Below, one piece after another: positions 37,322 to 46,625 of a DNA stretch of 64,000 bases. The notes beneath the pieces are model-generated. The model had not been told where the DNA came from. It did not search any database and was given only the letters and a program-made list of their open reading frames with translations. The translations under genes were made by a program, and so were the position numbers. Within the stretch, counting starts at the first letter, position 1, and every line of letters starts with the position of its first letter. Origin of the DNA: an uncultured Acidimicrobiaceae bacterium (GTDB lineage: Bacteria; Actinomycetota; Acidimicrobiia; Acidimicrobiales; Bog-793); the NCBI GenBank assembly GCA_963849105.1, contig CAWKGD010000005.1:75269-139268 (forward strand), written 5' to 3'.

Positions 37322-38337
37322 TAGAGCTCTTCGACTCTGCCAGCACGTTCGGCCACGACCCAGCCATAGACCGACACCCTCGCCCCGAGCACCACGTTGC
37401 GAGCGGCGTAGATCGTCTTGTAGCCCCCTTCGCGCCCAATCGTTACCTCGGCGCCGACACGCACGTCCCGCTCGGCGAACACGTTGCCGTCGACGTGCGA
37501 GCCGCGTCCGAGCTGCACCGACCTGCGGCCGATCACGTTGCCGTCGATCTGGACGGAATCGCCGATGACGAGTTCACCATCGGCCTTGACGGTGCCGCCG
37601 AGAACGGCACCCGACCCAATATGGAGCGCTCCGTGAGCGACGATGCCGGAGCGGAAGTGCGCACCCGGTGGAATGCTCAGCCGATCGCCCGCCCAGACGA
37701 CCTCGTCCTCGATGCTCAGAGACCTCCCCCCAGCTGCTGCGCTCACCGGATTACCAAGCGTGCGGATTGGCTGGCCCCATAGGCGCCGGAACGTGCAGCC
37801 GGGCGAGATCGTCAACGTCCCGGTTGCGGTCGCACTCGTACCGAGATCGCAGCCGGACTCGACGAAGGCGTCGTGTTCGGTGTCGATCCATCGGCCCACG
37901 GTGCAGCCACGGCCGAGGTGGAGGTTCTCGTCGCACGCGAGACCCCGCACGGCCACGCCGGCTCCCAGGTCCGCATCACCTTGTACCCAGACCTCCTGAA
38001 ACGACGAGCCGGTGGCGGCGAGGAGCTTGTATCGCACGACGAGGACGCTTCGTCGGTCCGTGTTCGCAGGCACGAAGAGCACGTCGTGGAACGCGACCCG
38101 TTCACGCCGACGAAGGAATACCTCGACTTCTCGTTCTCCTTCTTGACCTTCTGGGATGTGCGGGCGCAGGCGATCTCGAAGCGCCAGGGCGAACTGTCGA
38201 GGGTTGCGGATGTATTGGTCGTCGAGCGAAAGCGACATCTTGTCGCGAGGCCTTCGCAACTCCCTCACCGCCAACGCGAAGGGGAGCGAAAGCGAGACGC
38301 CAAAAAGTCCGACCAGAACTGGGATATGCGCGTTCAC
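37321..38337 (-). CDS. Membrane-anchored bactofilin-like (polymer-forming, left-handed beta-helix repeat) protein
   Basis: It has an N-terminal TM helix (IPVLVGLFGVSLSLPFALAV). The C-terminal half is built of repeats such as GAVLGGTVKADGELVIGDSVQIDGNVIGRRSVQLGRGSHVDGNVFAERDVRVGAEVTIG. GTG 38337 overlaps the GT2 stop (GTGA). Confidence 0.65.
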   Translation of the reverse strand: MNAHIPVLVGLFGVSLSLPFALAVRELRRPRDKMSLSLDDQYIRNPRQFALALRDRLRPHIPEGQEGEREVEVFLRRRERVAFHDVLFVPANTDRRSVLVVRYKLLAATGSSFQEVWVQGDADLGAGVAVRGLACDENLHLGRGCTVGRWIDTEHDAFVESGCDLGTSATATGTLTISPGCTFRRLWGQPIRTLGNPVSAAAGGRSLSIEDEVVWAGDRLSIPPGAHFRSGIVAHGALHIGSGAVLGGTVKADGELVIGDSVQIDGNVIGRRSVQLGRGSHVDGNVFAERDVRVGAEVTIGREGGYKTIYAARNVVLGARVSVYGWVVAERAGRVEEL

Positions 38338-39578
38338 TGCCGGAACCTCGGGGTCTTCTGCCACACCGGTTCGCGATGTCGCACAACGTCGATGACGGCG
38401 TCGGAGAGTCCACAGGTGACGGCGATCTGGTTGAAAAGGAACGCAAAGAAGAAGAACGGCAAGAACAGCAGCCGCTCTGCCATCCCGTCAAGCACGCCCG
38501 CGATGCCCACCTGCAAGAAGGGGGCGAAGTTCCCGAACTCGTTGTACGTGACGATGAAGAACGCGAGGAAGACGGTCGGCAACAGCTCGAGATCACCCCG
38601 TAGGAGCAGCACCAACTCCGCCGCGAGGGCACTCAGCAACAGTGGTGGCACGAGGTAGACGATCAGCATCAGCAGGGCATCGAGTCGTTGCACTCGCCCG
38701 AGGTAGCGAGAACGGAGCAGCGCTAGACCATGTCGCAACAACACTTGGTTATGCCCGCGCGACCACCGCCGTAGTTGGTTGAACCGAGCGTCCCAAGTCT
38801 CGGGGACTTCCTCGTAGCACTCGACTCGGTTGGCGTAGGCGACCTTCCAGCCGTGCAGGTAGAGCCGCACCGTGAGGTCCGTATCGTCGGCACTGACACG
38901 GGTGTCGAACCCTCCCCAAGAGAGCGCGAGCGAGCGGCGAAACCCGCCGGTCGTGCCGCCGAACTGCGGGATGAGGTCGAGGGTATACCGGACCTGCTGG
39001 TCGACCTGATAGCCACCAGAACGTTCGAGATCGAGTATCCGGGTGAGCAATGTCTTCCCCGCGTTACTCGGCACGACGCGCCCCATGACCGCGCCGACCT
39101 CTGGATCTTGAAACGCCATCGCGAGCGCACGTACCGCGTCCGGCCCAGGTTTGTAATCGGCATCGAAGACCAACACGATCTCGTTCTTTGCCAGCGCGAG
39201 AGCGTCGTTCAGTGCCGCTGGCTTACCGCGGGCTCCGCTGCTGCGAAACAGCGGCCGTATCTGGGGGTACTCGGCCGCGAAGCGTTGCAGAATCCCAGCA
39301 GTGTCGTCTTCGGAATGATCGTCGATCGGAATGATCTCGAGGAGGTCCATCGGATACGCCGAACGAAGAAGCGCAGTGAGAATTTGGTCCGCGACGGCGT
39401 GCTCGTTGTGCATCGGGATCATCACGCTCACCGAGGGCAAGTCGGAGTCGAGCAGGTCGTGGTAGTACGGCCGCTGCACGCCAACAAGCCGTCGCACCGA
39501 GATGAGCCAGTGTCGAACGGCAAAGACCGTCATCACGGCGACCACCGCGCTCACCCAGATCTTGAGGGCTAGGTCCAT
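38334..39578 (-). CDS. Processive family-2 glycosyltransferase (polysaccharide synthase, PgaC/cellulose-synthase-like)
   Basis: VSVMIPMHNE...IIPIDDHSEDDT...VLVFDADY...VSADDTDL...QLRRWSRGH (D, DxD, D, QxxRW), flanked by TM helices. GGAGG lies 7 nt before ATG 39578. Confidence 0.85.
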   Translation of the reverse strand: MDLALKIWVSAVVAVMTVFAVRHWLISVRRLVGVQRPYYHDLLDSDLPSVSVMIPMHNEHAVADQILTALLRSAYPMDLLEIIPIDDHSEDDTAGILQRFAAEYPQIRPLFRSSGARGKPAALNDALALAKNEIVLVFDADYKPGPDAVRALAMAFQDPEVGAVMGRVVPSNAGKTLLTRILDLERSGGYQVDQQVRYTLDLIPQFGGTTGGFRRSLALSWGGFDTRVSADDTDLTVRLYLHGWKVAYANRVECYEEVPETWDARFNQLRRWSRGHNQVLLRHGLALLRSRYLGRVQRLDALLMLIVYLVPPLLLSALAAELVLLLRGDLELLPTVFLAFFIVTYNEFGNFAPFLQVGIAGVLDGMAERLLFLPFFFFAFLFNQIAVTCGLSDAVIDVVRHREPVWQKTPRFRQ

Positions 39579-40372
39579 AACCACGCCTCCGACGTATTAG
39601 TGCGGTTGAGCCGATGGCTGAGATGCACGAGTGCGACAGATGAGATTGCTACGACGGATATGAAGTCGAAGGCGGGTCCGAACAAGAGGTAGAGCATCGG
39701 CATCGGGATTGGCCCGGCCATACCGAGAATCCAGACGAAGAACGCGTAGCGGACCATCGCGAAGACCACGTCGATGGCCACGCACACGATCGGCAGCGCC
39801 AATCGTTCGAGCAACGTGAAAGGGAGGGCGATACTCGACACGGTGAGCAGGATCGGCAGCAGCAACCAAACCAACAATGCAGTCCGGATGTAGAGCGCCG
39901 ACACCTGGTAGCCATCGAACCCAGGTTCGCCGATCACCATCACGTAGTAGGCGCTGACGCCGACAAGGACCGCAGCGAAGCCGCCAGCCACGCGGACGGG
40001 TATAGGGATGCGCTTCACGACGAGGACGGTGACGAGCACGATCGCGGCACCTGCAAACCAGATGAGCTTCACGGGATACGTCGAGGAGGGAAGTACGAAC
40101 GAGAGCACCCTTATCCGGACGCCGAGGTAGGAAGTGGTCACCAGAGCGACCGGCGGATGGAGCGGAGGAACAAGCGCGAGAGCGACGCGACCAACAAGCG
40201 CAGTGAGCCAATTGGCCGATCGAAGGAGTGCCAGCTCGACGATGACCAGCAGAATCATCGTCTGGATCAGCGTCCGGCCGGAGATCCTTTGCAATCGCCG
40301 GTACGAACGGTGCGCAGAAATGACGAGTGCGGGACGTTGCTCGGCACCGTCCCGTTTGACGCCGCCCGACAT
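39569..40372 (-). CDS. Polytopic membrane protein of unknown function (about 8 hydrophobic spans)
   Basis: 267 aa, almost entirely hydrophobic helices. Its start overlaps the wecB stop by 1 nt and its end overlaps the GT2 start. Confidence 0.6.
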   Translation of the reverse strand: MSGGVKRDGAEQRPALVISAHRSYRRLQRISGRTLIQTMILLVIVELALLRSANWLTALVGRVALALVPPLHPPVALVTTSYLGVRIRVLSFVLPSSTYPVKLIWFAGAAIVLVTVLVVKRIPIPVRVAGGFAAVLVGVSAYYVMVIGEPGFDGYQVSALYIRTALLVWLLLPILLTVSSIALPFTLLERLALPIVCVAIDVVFAMVRYAFFVWILGMAGPIPMPMLYLLFGPAFDFISVVAISSVALVHLSHRLNRTNTSEAWLWT

Positions 40373-41487
40373 CAGGACAGAGTTCGGCTCGGCGTCGCGC
40401 TCACTAGCGCGTCAACGATTCGGCGAGCCGCCTTGCCATCGCCGTAGGGGCTCGAGGACTGCGCCATCTCCGCGTACGCCGCCTCGTCCGAGAGGAGCCG
40501 AGTCACTTCCTTTTGGATTCGTTCGCCGTCGGTGCCGACGAGGCGCGCGACGCCGGCCGCGATGCCTTCTGGGCGCTCCGTGTCTTCTCGAAGAACGAGC
40601 ACGGGCTTGCCGAGGGTAGGAGCCTCCTCCTGCAACCCACCGGAGTCAGTGAGAACCAGATAGGACGCACCAATGAGGTGGACGAACGGCTGATAATCGA
40701 GGGGTGGCAAGAGGGTGACGTTCGGGCAGTCGCCCAAGATCCCCCGTACGGTCCCGTTGACATTCGGATTCGGGTGAACCGGGCAGACGACGTGCACGTC
40801 GTCCATCGAGGTGGCGATCGTCCGAACAGCGCGACAGATTGACTCGAGCGGTTTACCCCAGCTCTCTCGACGATGTGCAGTTAGCAGGATCAGTCGTTGG
40901 TCGCGCGGCACAGCTCCGAGTGGCCCCATCGTCCAGTCGTACGCCCGACCGGCAATCTCGTGTAGCGCGTCGATGCCTGAGTTGCCCGTGAGATGGATTG
41001 CATCGCGCGATACGCCCTCGCGGGTGAGATTGAGGCAAGCGCCTTTCGTTGGTGCAAAGTGGAGGTCTGCCACGATCGACACGAAGCGCCGATTCACCTC
41101 TTCGGGGAATGGGTTCGCGACGTCGAAGGTGCGCAAACCCGCCTCCACGTGCCCGACCCGAATGCGACAGTTGAACGCGGCGAGAGCGCCGATCATCGCC
41201 GAGGTCGTGTCACCTTGAACGAGAAGCCAATCCGGACGCTCTCGCTCCAGTATGGGTTCGAGGCCGTCCAGTATTCGGGCAGCGACCTGTAGCGGGGTCT
41301 GGTTCGGGCGCATCACATTCAGGTCGTAATCGGGGACGATGCTGAACATCTCGAGCTCTCGGTCCAACAAACCGCGGTGCTGTGCCGTCACGAAAACGAC
41401 CCCATCGAGGTCTGAGCGACGCGCGATCTCCGCTACGACAGGAGCCATTTTGATCGTTTCTGGGCGTGTGCCGAACAACGACATCAC
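40372..41487 (-). CDS. wecB: UDP-N-acetylglucosamine 2-epimerase (non-hydrolysing)
   Basis: (V)MSLFGTRPETIKMAPVV...QHRGLLD...DWLLVQGDTTSAMIGALAAF...VGHVEAGLRT...PFPEEVNRR. GAGGA lies 5 nt before GTG 41487. The 43-residue extension in the track ORF was rejected. Confidence 0.9.
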   Translation of the reverse strand: MMSLFGTRPETIKMAPVVAEIARRSDLDGVVFVTAQHRGLLDRELEMFSIVPDYDLNVMRPNQTPLQVAARILDGLEPILERERPDWLLVQGDTTSAMIGALAAFNCRIRVGHVEAGLRTFDVANPFPEEVNRRFVSIVADLHFAPTKGACLNLTREGVSRDAIHLTGNSGIDALHEIAGRAYDWTMGPLGAVPRDQRLILLTAHRRESWGKPLESICRAVRTIATSMDDVHVVCPVHPNPNVNGTVRGILGDCPNVTLLPPLDYQPFVHLIGASYLVLTDSGGLQEEAPTLGKPVLVLREDTERPEGIAAGVARLVGTDGERIQKEVTRLLSDEAAYAEMAQSSSPYGDGKAARRIVDALVSATPSRTLS

Positions 41488-42299
41488 CTTGATCCTCGAA
41501 CCCGCTCCCGGCGCCACTCCAGGATCATTTGTGTGGAGATCGGGGTGGGCATCCCCAGACGCGGTCAAGATGCCCTCCATGTCCTTCACCCACGCGGAGC
41601 CTGCCGTTCGCGCCATCGTGAGCAGTCACCTCTCCCCGGGTCTTGCCGACGCACCGCGTCGGAGGTTCGGTCATCAATTCGACGTCCCGGCTCGGGCGCG
41701 CGTGTAATGAGCGTTGCGGTTATCTAAGGCTGAAGCCTTTCGCTCCGAGCCAGCCGCGCAGCACTTGTACTTACGGCGTGGCGGCGGTCACTTTTTAGGA
41801 CGAGGTCTCGTCATTGGGCGTCTCGAACAGGGAAAACCCCGCGTTAGTGCGAAAGTGACCCTCGCCTCCGAGACGACGTATCTCGCCACATTTGAAAGCG
41901 CGTTAGTTGGTCCCAGTGGTTCGAGTACGAAATGTTGAAGGATCCGTTTGCTGCGACCGCTAACCGTCGGGGGCTGCGAAGTTCCCGTTGGCCCGCGCCG
42001 ACAGTTTGAACAACGGTACGAGCGCGGATGGGGTTCTGGCTGTTCTCTACGGTCGTCGCACTGTGCGTGATCGGGGCTAATAGATGATCAGATATACGCG
42101 GAGACTCTCGGCACAAGAGATTGTGCATCTCGCTGCAGCTTCAATTCTCTATCCGCACCTCTAAGGGGCACAATTCCTTGCGAGACACTCTTCATACGAC
42201 TCTTCGCTCGTTGAAAGAGCCGCGGCGTCAACCGCGTGCCTTCGCAACGCGGTAGTTCTGACGATCTATCCCGCATGCCGCTCTGAGGGATCCGTCTCC

Positions 42300-42839
42300 T
42301 TGCAGGCAATAAGCGCGACGATTGTCACCTTGGCGAAATCCGCGTGGCAGACGCATTGGCACAAGCACCCCGGTGTGCGATCCGGCGATCAGCTGTCTCT
42401 CGGTGAACGAGCGGCTGACCGAATGCGCAACATGATGGGGTCCTGGCCCTTCGTGTTCGCCTTCTTCGCCGTCATGATCGCCTGGGCGCTTGTCAACACG
42501 CTCTTCATCGAGCACATCCTGAAGCACAAGCCATTCGACCCGTACCCCTACATCCTGCTGAACCTGTTTCTCTCTATGCTCGCCGGCATCCAGGCCGCAG
42601 CCCTTCTGATAGCCGCCAAGCGAGCTGACTCAATTTCCTCAGAGATCGCCATTCACACCGAAAACAACACCGACGACATCAAGACGCTGATCCAGGAGAA
42701 CACTGCCCTCACCTCGCAGGTGAAGAAGAACACCGATCTCCTCGATGAGATCCACCTGCACGTGGCCAACATCGGCAAAAAAGTCGGGGCCGACATGGGT
42801 CGGTTTCCTCCCGGCCAAGTGCCCACGGCAGAGACCTAA
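42300..42839 (+). CDS. DUF1003 domain-containing membrane protein
   Basis: GERAADRMRNMMGSWPFVFAFFAVMIAWALVN...FDPYPYILLNLFLSMLAGIQAAALLIA, plus a C-terminal coiled-coil-like tail. Start uncertain. Confidence 0.72.
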   Translation: MQAISATIVTLAKSAWQTHWHKHPGVRSGDQLSLGERAADRMRNMMGSWPFVFAFFAVMIAWALVNTLFIEHILKHKPFDPYPYILLNLFLSMLAGIQAAALLIAAKRADSISSEIAIHTENNTDDIKTLIQENTALTSQVKKNTDLLDEIHLHVANIGKKVGADMGRFPPGQVPTAET

Positions 42840-43067
42840 GCGCAGTCGTACTAAAAGGCGATGGCCTTGTCGCCGCGTTTACTTGATCTCGATTAAACGG
42901 CACGCTTCCGCAATGGTCATGTGAACCCCGCGGTTGCGGCGACGTGCCCATGTGTCGCCCGTTGGGCGCTCGGGACGAGTTTCTCTGATCTTGTCTCACC
43001 ATCAGCAGCTCAGTCTCTGCCGAATACAAGTTGGATTGGCTTGTCGCGCGCATGGCACCATCGCAAC

Positions 43068-44173
43068 GTGAGAGGCCGATCTCTCATCGCAAGCTGGGAT
43101 GGCGGCGGGAATACCACTCCCGCTTTCCACCTTGGGATCCACTTGATGCGGCGCGGTCACGAGGTGCTCTTAATGGGGTGGCCTTCCATGGCAGATCGTG
43201 CCCAAAAATCGGAGGTCCCTTTCACGAGCTATCCGAGCCTGCCCCCCTGGCCTGAGGGTGTCCCCCTAGACGACGACTTCTCACTTATGGAAGAGATGAC
43301 CAACGGAGCAAAGACCGAAGCCGACATCGTGGAGATCGCCACCTCCTATCGCCCGAATGTGCTCGTGATTGACTGCATGATGGCCGCCTCATTCAGGGCA
43401 GCCGCAAATCTGGGCTTCCGACGTCCGTTCTCTGTCACGTCCTCTACGGCCCCTATTACGACGATTGGGGCGAACGTCAGTTGAAAACCGACGTGAGGGC
43501 GTTGTTTCGCGATGTTGACCAGGTCTTGGTGTTAGTGGTGCCGGGGCTTGAAGCTCCGAGAGAACTTCCCAAAGGAACGGCGTTCGTGGGCCCGATCTGT
43601 CATCCAGATCCGGCCGACACTCAGGCTCTGGCCGACTGGGGCCTCGGCGAAATGGCGAAGCCGGGAACATCGTGGGTCTTAGTAAGCCTCAGCACAACGC
43701 TCATGGAGCAAGCTAAGGCACTCGCGCCAATCCTCGAAGCACTTGACTCCATTCCCGCCAGGGCATTGCTCACCCTAGGCGGCGTGATCTCAGCCGATGC
43801 AATTCGTGCGCCAACAAATGTCTTGGTTCGCGATTTCGTCCCGCATGATTTCGTGCTCCCGTACACAGACCTTGTCGTCTCCCACGGTGGACTGAGCACG
43901 ATTAATGGAGCGCTGGTCGCCGGGAAGCCCCTCGTGTGTATTCCGCAGGGTCGCGATCAAAACCTCAACGCGTCTCACCTCGAAGCAAGTGGTGCAGGAC
44001 GGGTGATTGCCAAGGATTCAAACGCCGCGGAGATCGCGCAAGCCATCGCTGAAGTGCTGGAGGTTCCCTCATACCGGGAGGCAGCCGAGCAACTGGCAGT
44101 TGGCAGCCTTCCGTTGGGTCGCGGGCGAGTCGTCACGGATCTCATAGAGGGGTTGGCGGCTGAGCGAATCTGA
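43068..44173 (+). pseudogene. GT1 family UDP-glycosyltransferase (MGT/macrolide-glycosyltransferase-like), frameshifted near 43410-43416
   Basis: The N-terminal frame ends ...VIDCMMAASFRAAANLG. The -1 frame continues LPTSVLCHVLYGPYYDDWGERQLKTDVRALF...VPHDFVLPYTDLVVSHGGLSTINGALVAGKPLVCIPQGRDQ (the GT1 C-terminal signature). Confidence 0.75.
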
Positions 44174-44938
44174 TGACCTGCGCGAAGTGCCGATCAGTGA
44201 AGTCTTTGAACACTTCGACGCAGTATCCAAGTGAACGCCCAGGAACTCTCCCAAACAGCGCCGCGCGTCTTAATACTGCACAACTAATCGAACAGATTTA
44301 TTCCCCGGATCGTCCACTTCGATCGGCAGCTTGGAGTAAGGTCCAACAACACTTGCTCTCGCGCCGCGATCTACGTGGCGTGCCCATGATCGAAATGGCC
44401 GAGTCAAGCATCGGCCAAGACCCCCGAATCGCCGTCGTGTCGGAGTTGGGACTGTCGACTGAGACGGGTCTGCAACCCGCTTTCTTGGAGTTCGTAGTCA
44501 TGTCCGTGCTGCGCGCGGATGTGGCTCACTCGATTGCGCGCACCCTTTAGATCATCGATGAATTGGCGAGGAGAACCTGGTGGGGCCGAACCCGAGCGTG
44601 ATGTATCAGTTGGGCGCAAAGCGCGACAGAGACCTCTTGGTAGCAGCCGACGAAAGGCGTCGAGCCACCACTGCTTCTATCGTGCGCCGTCATCGAATGG
44701 CCTACTTCGTTCTGAGCATCGCCGGTGCCTTCAAGGTCGCATCCACCACGGTTCCGCCCCATGCAGCCCTCGACCCGGCTGTATCGACGACTCCTTAGAT
44801 CAACTCCTCGACGACTCGCGTCATGAGACTTCGCCAACGGCGCTAGTCTGGGTTCACAGGTCGGCGTCAACGCGCACGCCGTTCGATGCCGTTGTCCAAT
44901 TGGTCTTTCGGCGAATTTCGCGCTCGAAAGGACAATCA

Positions 44939-45142
44939 GTGGCAACAGGCACCGTGAAGTGGTTCAGCACCGAAAAGGGCTTCGGGTTCATTACTCAATC
45001 CGACGGCGGCTCGGACGTATTCGTGCACCACTCCGCCATCGAAGGCAACGGTTACAAAAACCTCGAAGAGGGTCAGCATGTCCAATTCGAGACGACCCAA
45101 GGGCCGAAGGGACTTCAAGCGAGCGCGGTCCGTCCTGCCTAA
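44939..45142 (+). CDS. cspA: Cold-shock protein (CspA family)
   Basis: (V)[50 protein letters not shown] (RNP1/RNP2 motifs). AAAGGA lies 6 nt before the GTG. Confidence 0.92.
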   Translation: MATGTVKWFSTEKGFGFITQSDGGSDVFVHHSAIEGNGYKNLEEGQHVQFETTQGPKGLQASAVRPA

Positions 45143-45452
45143 CCAAGGCGCGGCTGAGAGAACGCACCTCCTGATCGAGTCGTGCCACAGCACCTGGATC
45201 TTCGACGAGAACCACCGCCGTTTTCGGAGACTGCTACATAGCGAACACTTCGGCCCACCAGCGGTAACTGACTGGCGTCCATACGATCGTCTACTCATTG
45301 ACGATTCATCGGAAGTGTTCGTGATCTTTCTCGACCACGCGGGGAGCCGAGTCCTGCGGTCGCGGCGTCACGCTGCTCCCTGCGATTGCTGTCGTGCGAA
45401 TACCACACAGGAGTTCTCACTCGAAGAGCTGTCGAGCGCGTTGGCTGGCTGA
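45078..45452 (+). CDS. Hypothetical protein
   Basis: Protein-like segment [27 protein letters not shown]...[28 protein letters not shown]. The only ATG/GTG start lies inside csp in another frame, so the start is uncertain. Confidence 0.4.
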   Translation: MSNSRRPKGRRDFKRARSVLPNQGAAERTHLLIESCHSTWIFDENHRRFRRLLHSEHFGPPAVTDWRPYDRLLIDDSSEVFVIFLDHAGSRVLRSRRHAAPCDCCRANTTQEFSLEELSSALAG

Positions 45453-45523
45453 ATCACCCGAGAGTCAGACGAGCGCTGTGCCGCTCTCGCTGAGAAAAGT
45501 TCTCCACGATTCCCCGCTTTCAA

Positions 45524-45946
45524 ATGACCCGCGCTCATATTGCGCATACCCCGCCGAATAGTCGGCGAAGAGAGGCGTTTTCCATGGACCACAGCTCGCT
45601 TGCGACTTCTTCGAGCCACCCAGCTGGCGGTGGCCGACCGCGTTACGTGCCGATCGCAATTGGCTCCGAGAGAACAGGGATTCTTCGAGACGGCTTCATC
45701 GATCTCGAGCTGTCCTTGACAGCCGAACCTGATTTCGAGTGGACAAAACTATTTAAGGAAGACGATTCATCACGACATGCACGGGACTGTCGTATGGAAT
45801 CGCCACGAATCCTACAAGACAAGGTCCGTATCTCGATTCGCGAGAGCGACCTTGGGGCAGCTTGGACCTATGTCAATGCCTGCGTCGATCACGCGAATGC
45901 CGTCTCTCGGCACTTGTTCTCTCAACGAGTTGAGGAAGCACGATGA
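45524..45946 (+). CDS. Hypothetical protein (island orphan)
   Basis: 140-aa ORF with balanced composition (...GILRDGFIDLELSLTAEPDFEWTKLFKEDD...). No recognisable motif. An alternative start is ATG 45584. Confidence 0.35.
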   Translation: MTRAHIAHTPPNSRRREAFSMDHSSLATSSSHPAGGGRPRYVPIAIGSERTGILRDGFIDLELSLTAEPDFEWTKLFKEDDSSRHARDCRMESPRILQDKVRISIRESDLGAAWTYVNACVDHANAVSRHLFSQRVEEAR

Positions 45947-46366
45947 AGCGCGATCCGATGGTTCACTATGTGAACAAGTCTTGGCAAATGCGGCGCAGCA
46001 GCGCGAATGCGTTCGGCTTGCTGTGCTTGCGCGAGAACGGAGCGGATACGACGGACTGTCGATACCGACAGCCCTGACGCGCGCTTCGAGGCGAGCATTC
46101 GGTCGATCTCCCCCGTCGTGAGCTTCGTCACCGATCGCTTCCCGAGTGTCGGCCGCACGCGGTGGTCAGCAATTGCCCGTAGTTGTCGAGCGCGTTCGGT
46201 GCGACCTGACTAACGAGTACGCCATCAAACCATCGATCAAGAAGTGTGTCGACTGAGACCGATGTTGTTTGCCGTCGAGAAACGCATAGGTGAGCGATCC
46301 GATCCTCCGTCCGTCACTTTTGCGTTGGTAGATGCTTCCTTCGCCGTTCAGTCGAGCTCGCGCCAT
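45922..46366 (-). pseudogene. Tyrosine-recombinase (phage integrase) remnant: N-terminal region only, frameshifted and truncated
   Basis: MARARLNGEGSIYQRKSDGRRIGSLTYAFLDGKQ... (typical actinobacterial integrase start), then in another frame ...LTTGEIDRMLASKRASGLSVSTVRRIRSVLAQA (SAM-like domain). No catalytic domain follows. It abuts the 3' end of tRNA-Val. Confidence 0.7.
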
Positions 46367-46464
46367 CGCTCCCCCGGTCGTAGCTACCGTCGCAGCTACC
46401 GAACCTGCTACCTCAGGGCTATTACCCTTTGCGCGGATTAGGCGGCTGACCTGCTCGAATCGGG

Positions 46465-46538
46465 TGGGCCGTAGAGGACTTGAACCTCTGACCCCTTGCG
46501 TGTCATGCAAGTGCGCTACCGGACTGCGCCAACGGCCC
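46465..46538 (-). tRNA. tRNA-Val (anticodon GAC)
   Basis: GGGCCGTTGGCGCAGTCCGGTAGCGCACTTGCATGACACGCAAGGGGTCAGAGGTTCAAGTCCTCTACGGCCCA. It folds by hand into a 7/4/5/5-bp cloverleaf with anticodon loop AUGACAC and T-loop TTCAAGT. CCA is not encoded. Confidence 0.93.
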
Positions 46539-46625
46539 GAGAGAGCGCACGCTACCACCGAAGACCTGGTGACGAGCCTCTTTCGCGACCGAGTGAGAAA
46601 TTGGCACGTCGGTAGGATCACCCTG

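Noticed and set aside
41617-42300. Search for a direct repeat of the tRNA-Val 3' end marking the far border of the island
   Set aside because: I found no convincing match by eye to TGGGCCGTAGAGGACTTGAACC or its sub-strings, so the border is left undefined rather than guessed.
44173-44938. Short ORFs between the GT1 pseudogene and csp (125 aa on the plus strand at 44173-44550, 72 aa at 44580-44798, and several on the minus strand)
   Set aside because: They have no motifs, mixed codon bias and mutual overlaps. Coding status could not be supported, so they are not listed as features. Part of the region is probably the long csp 5' leader.
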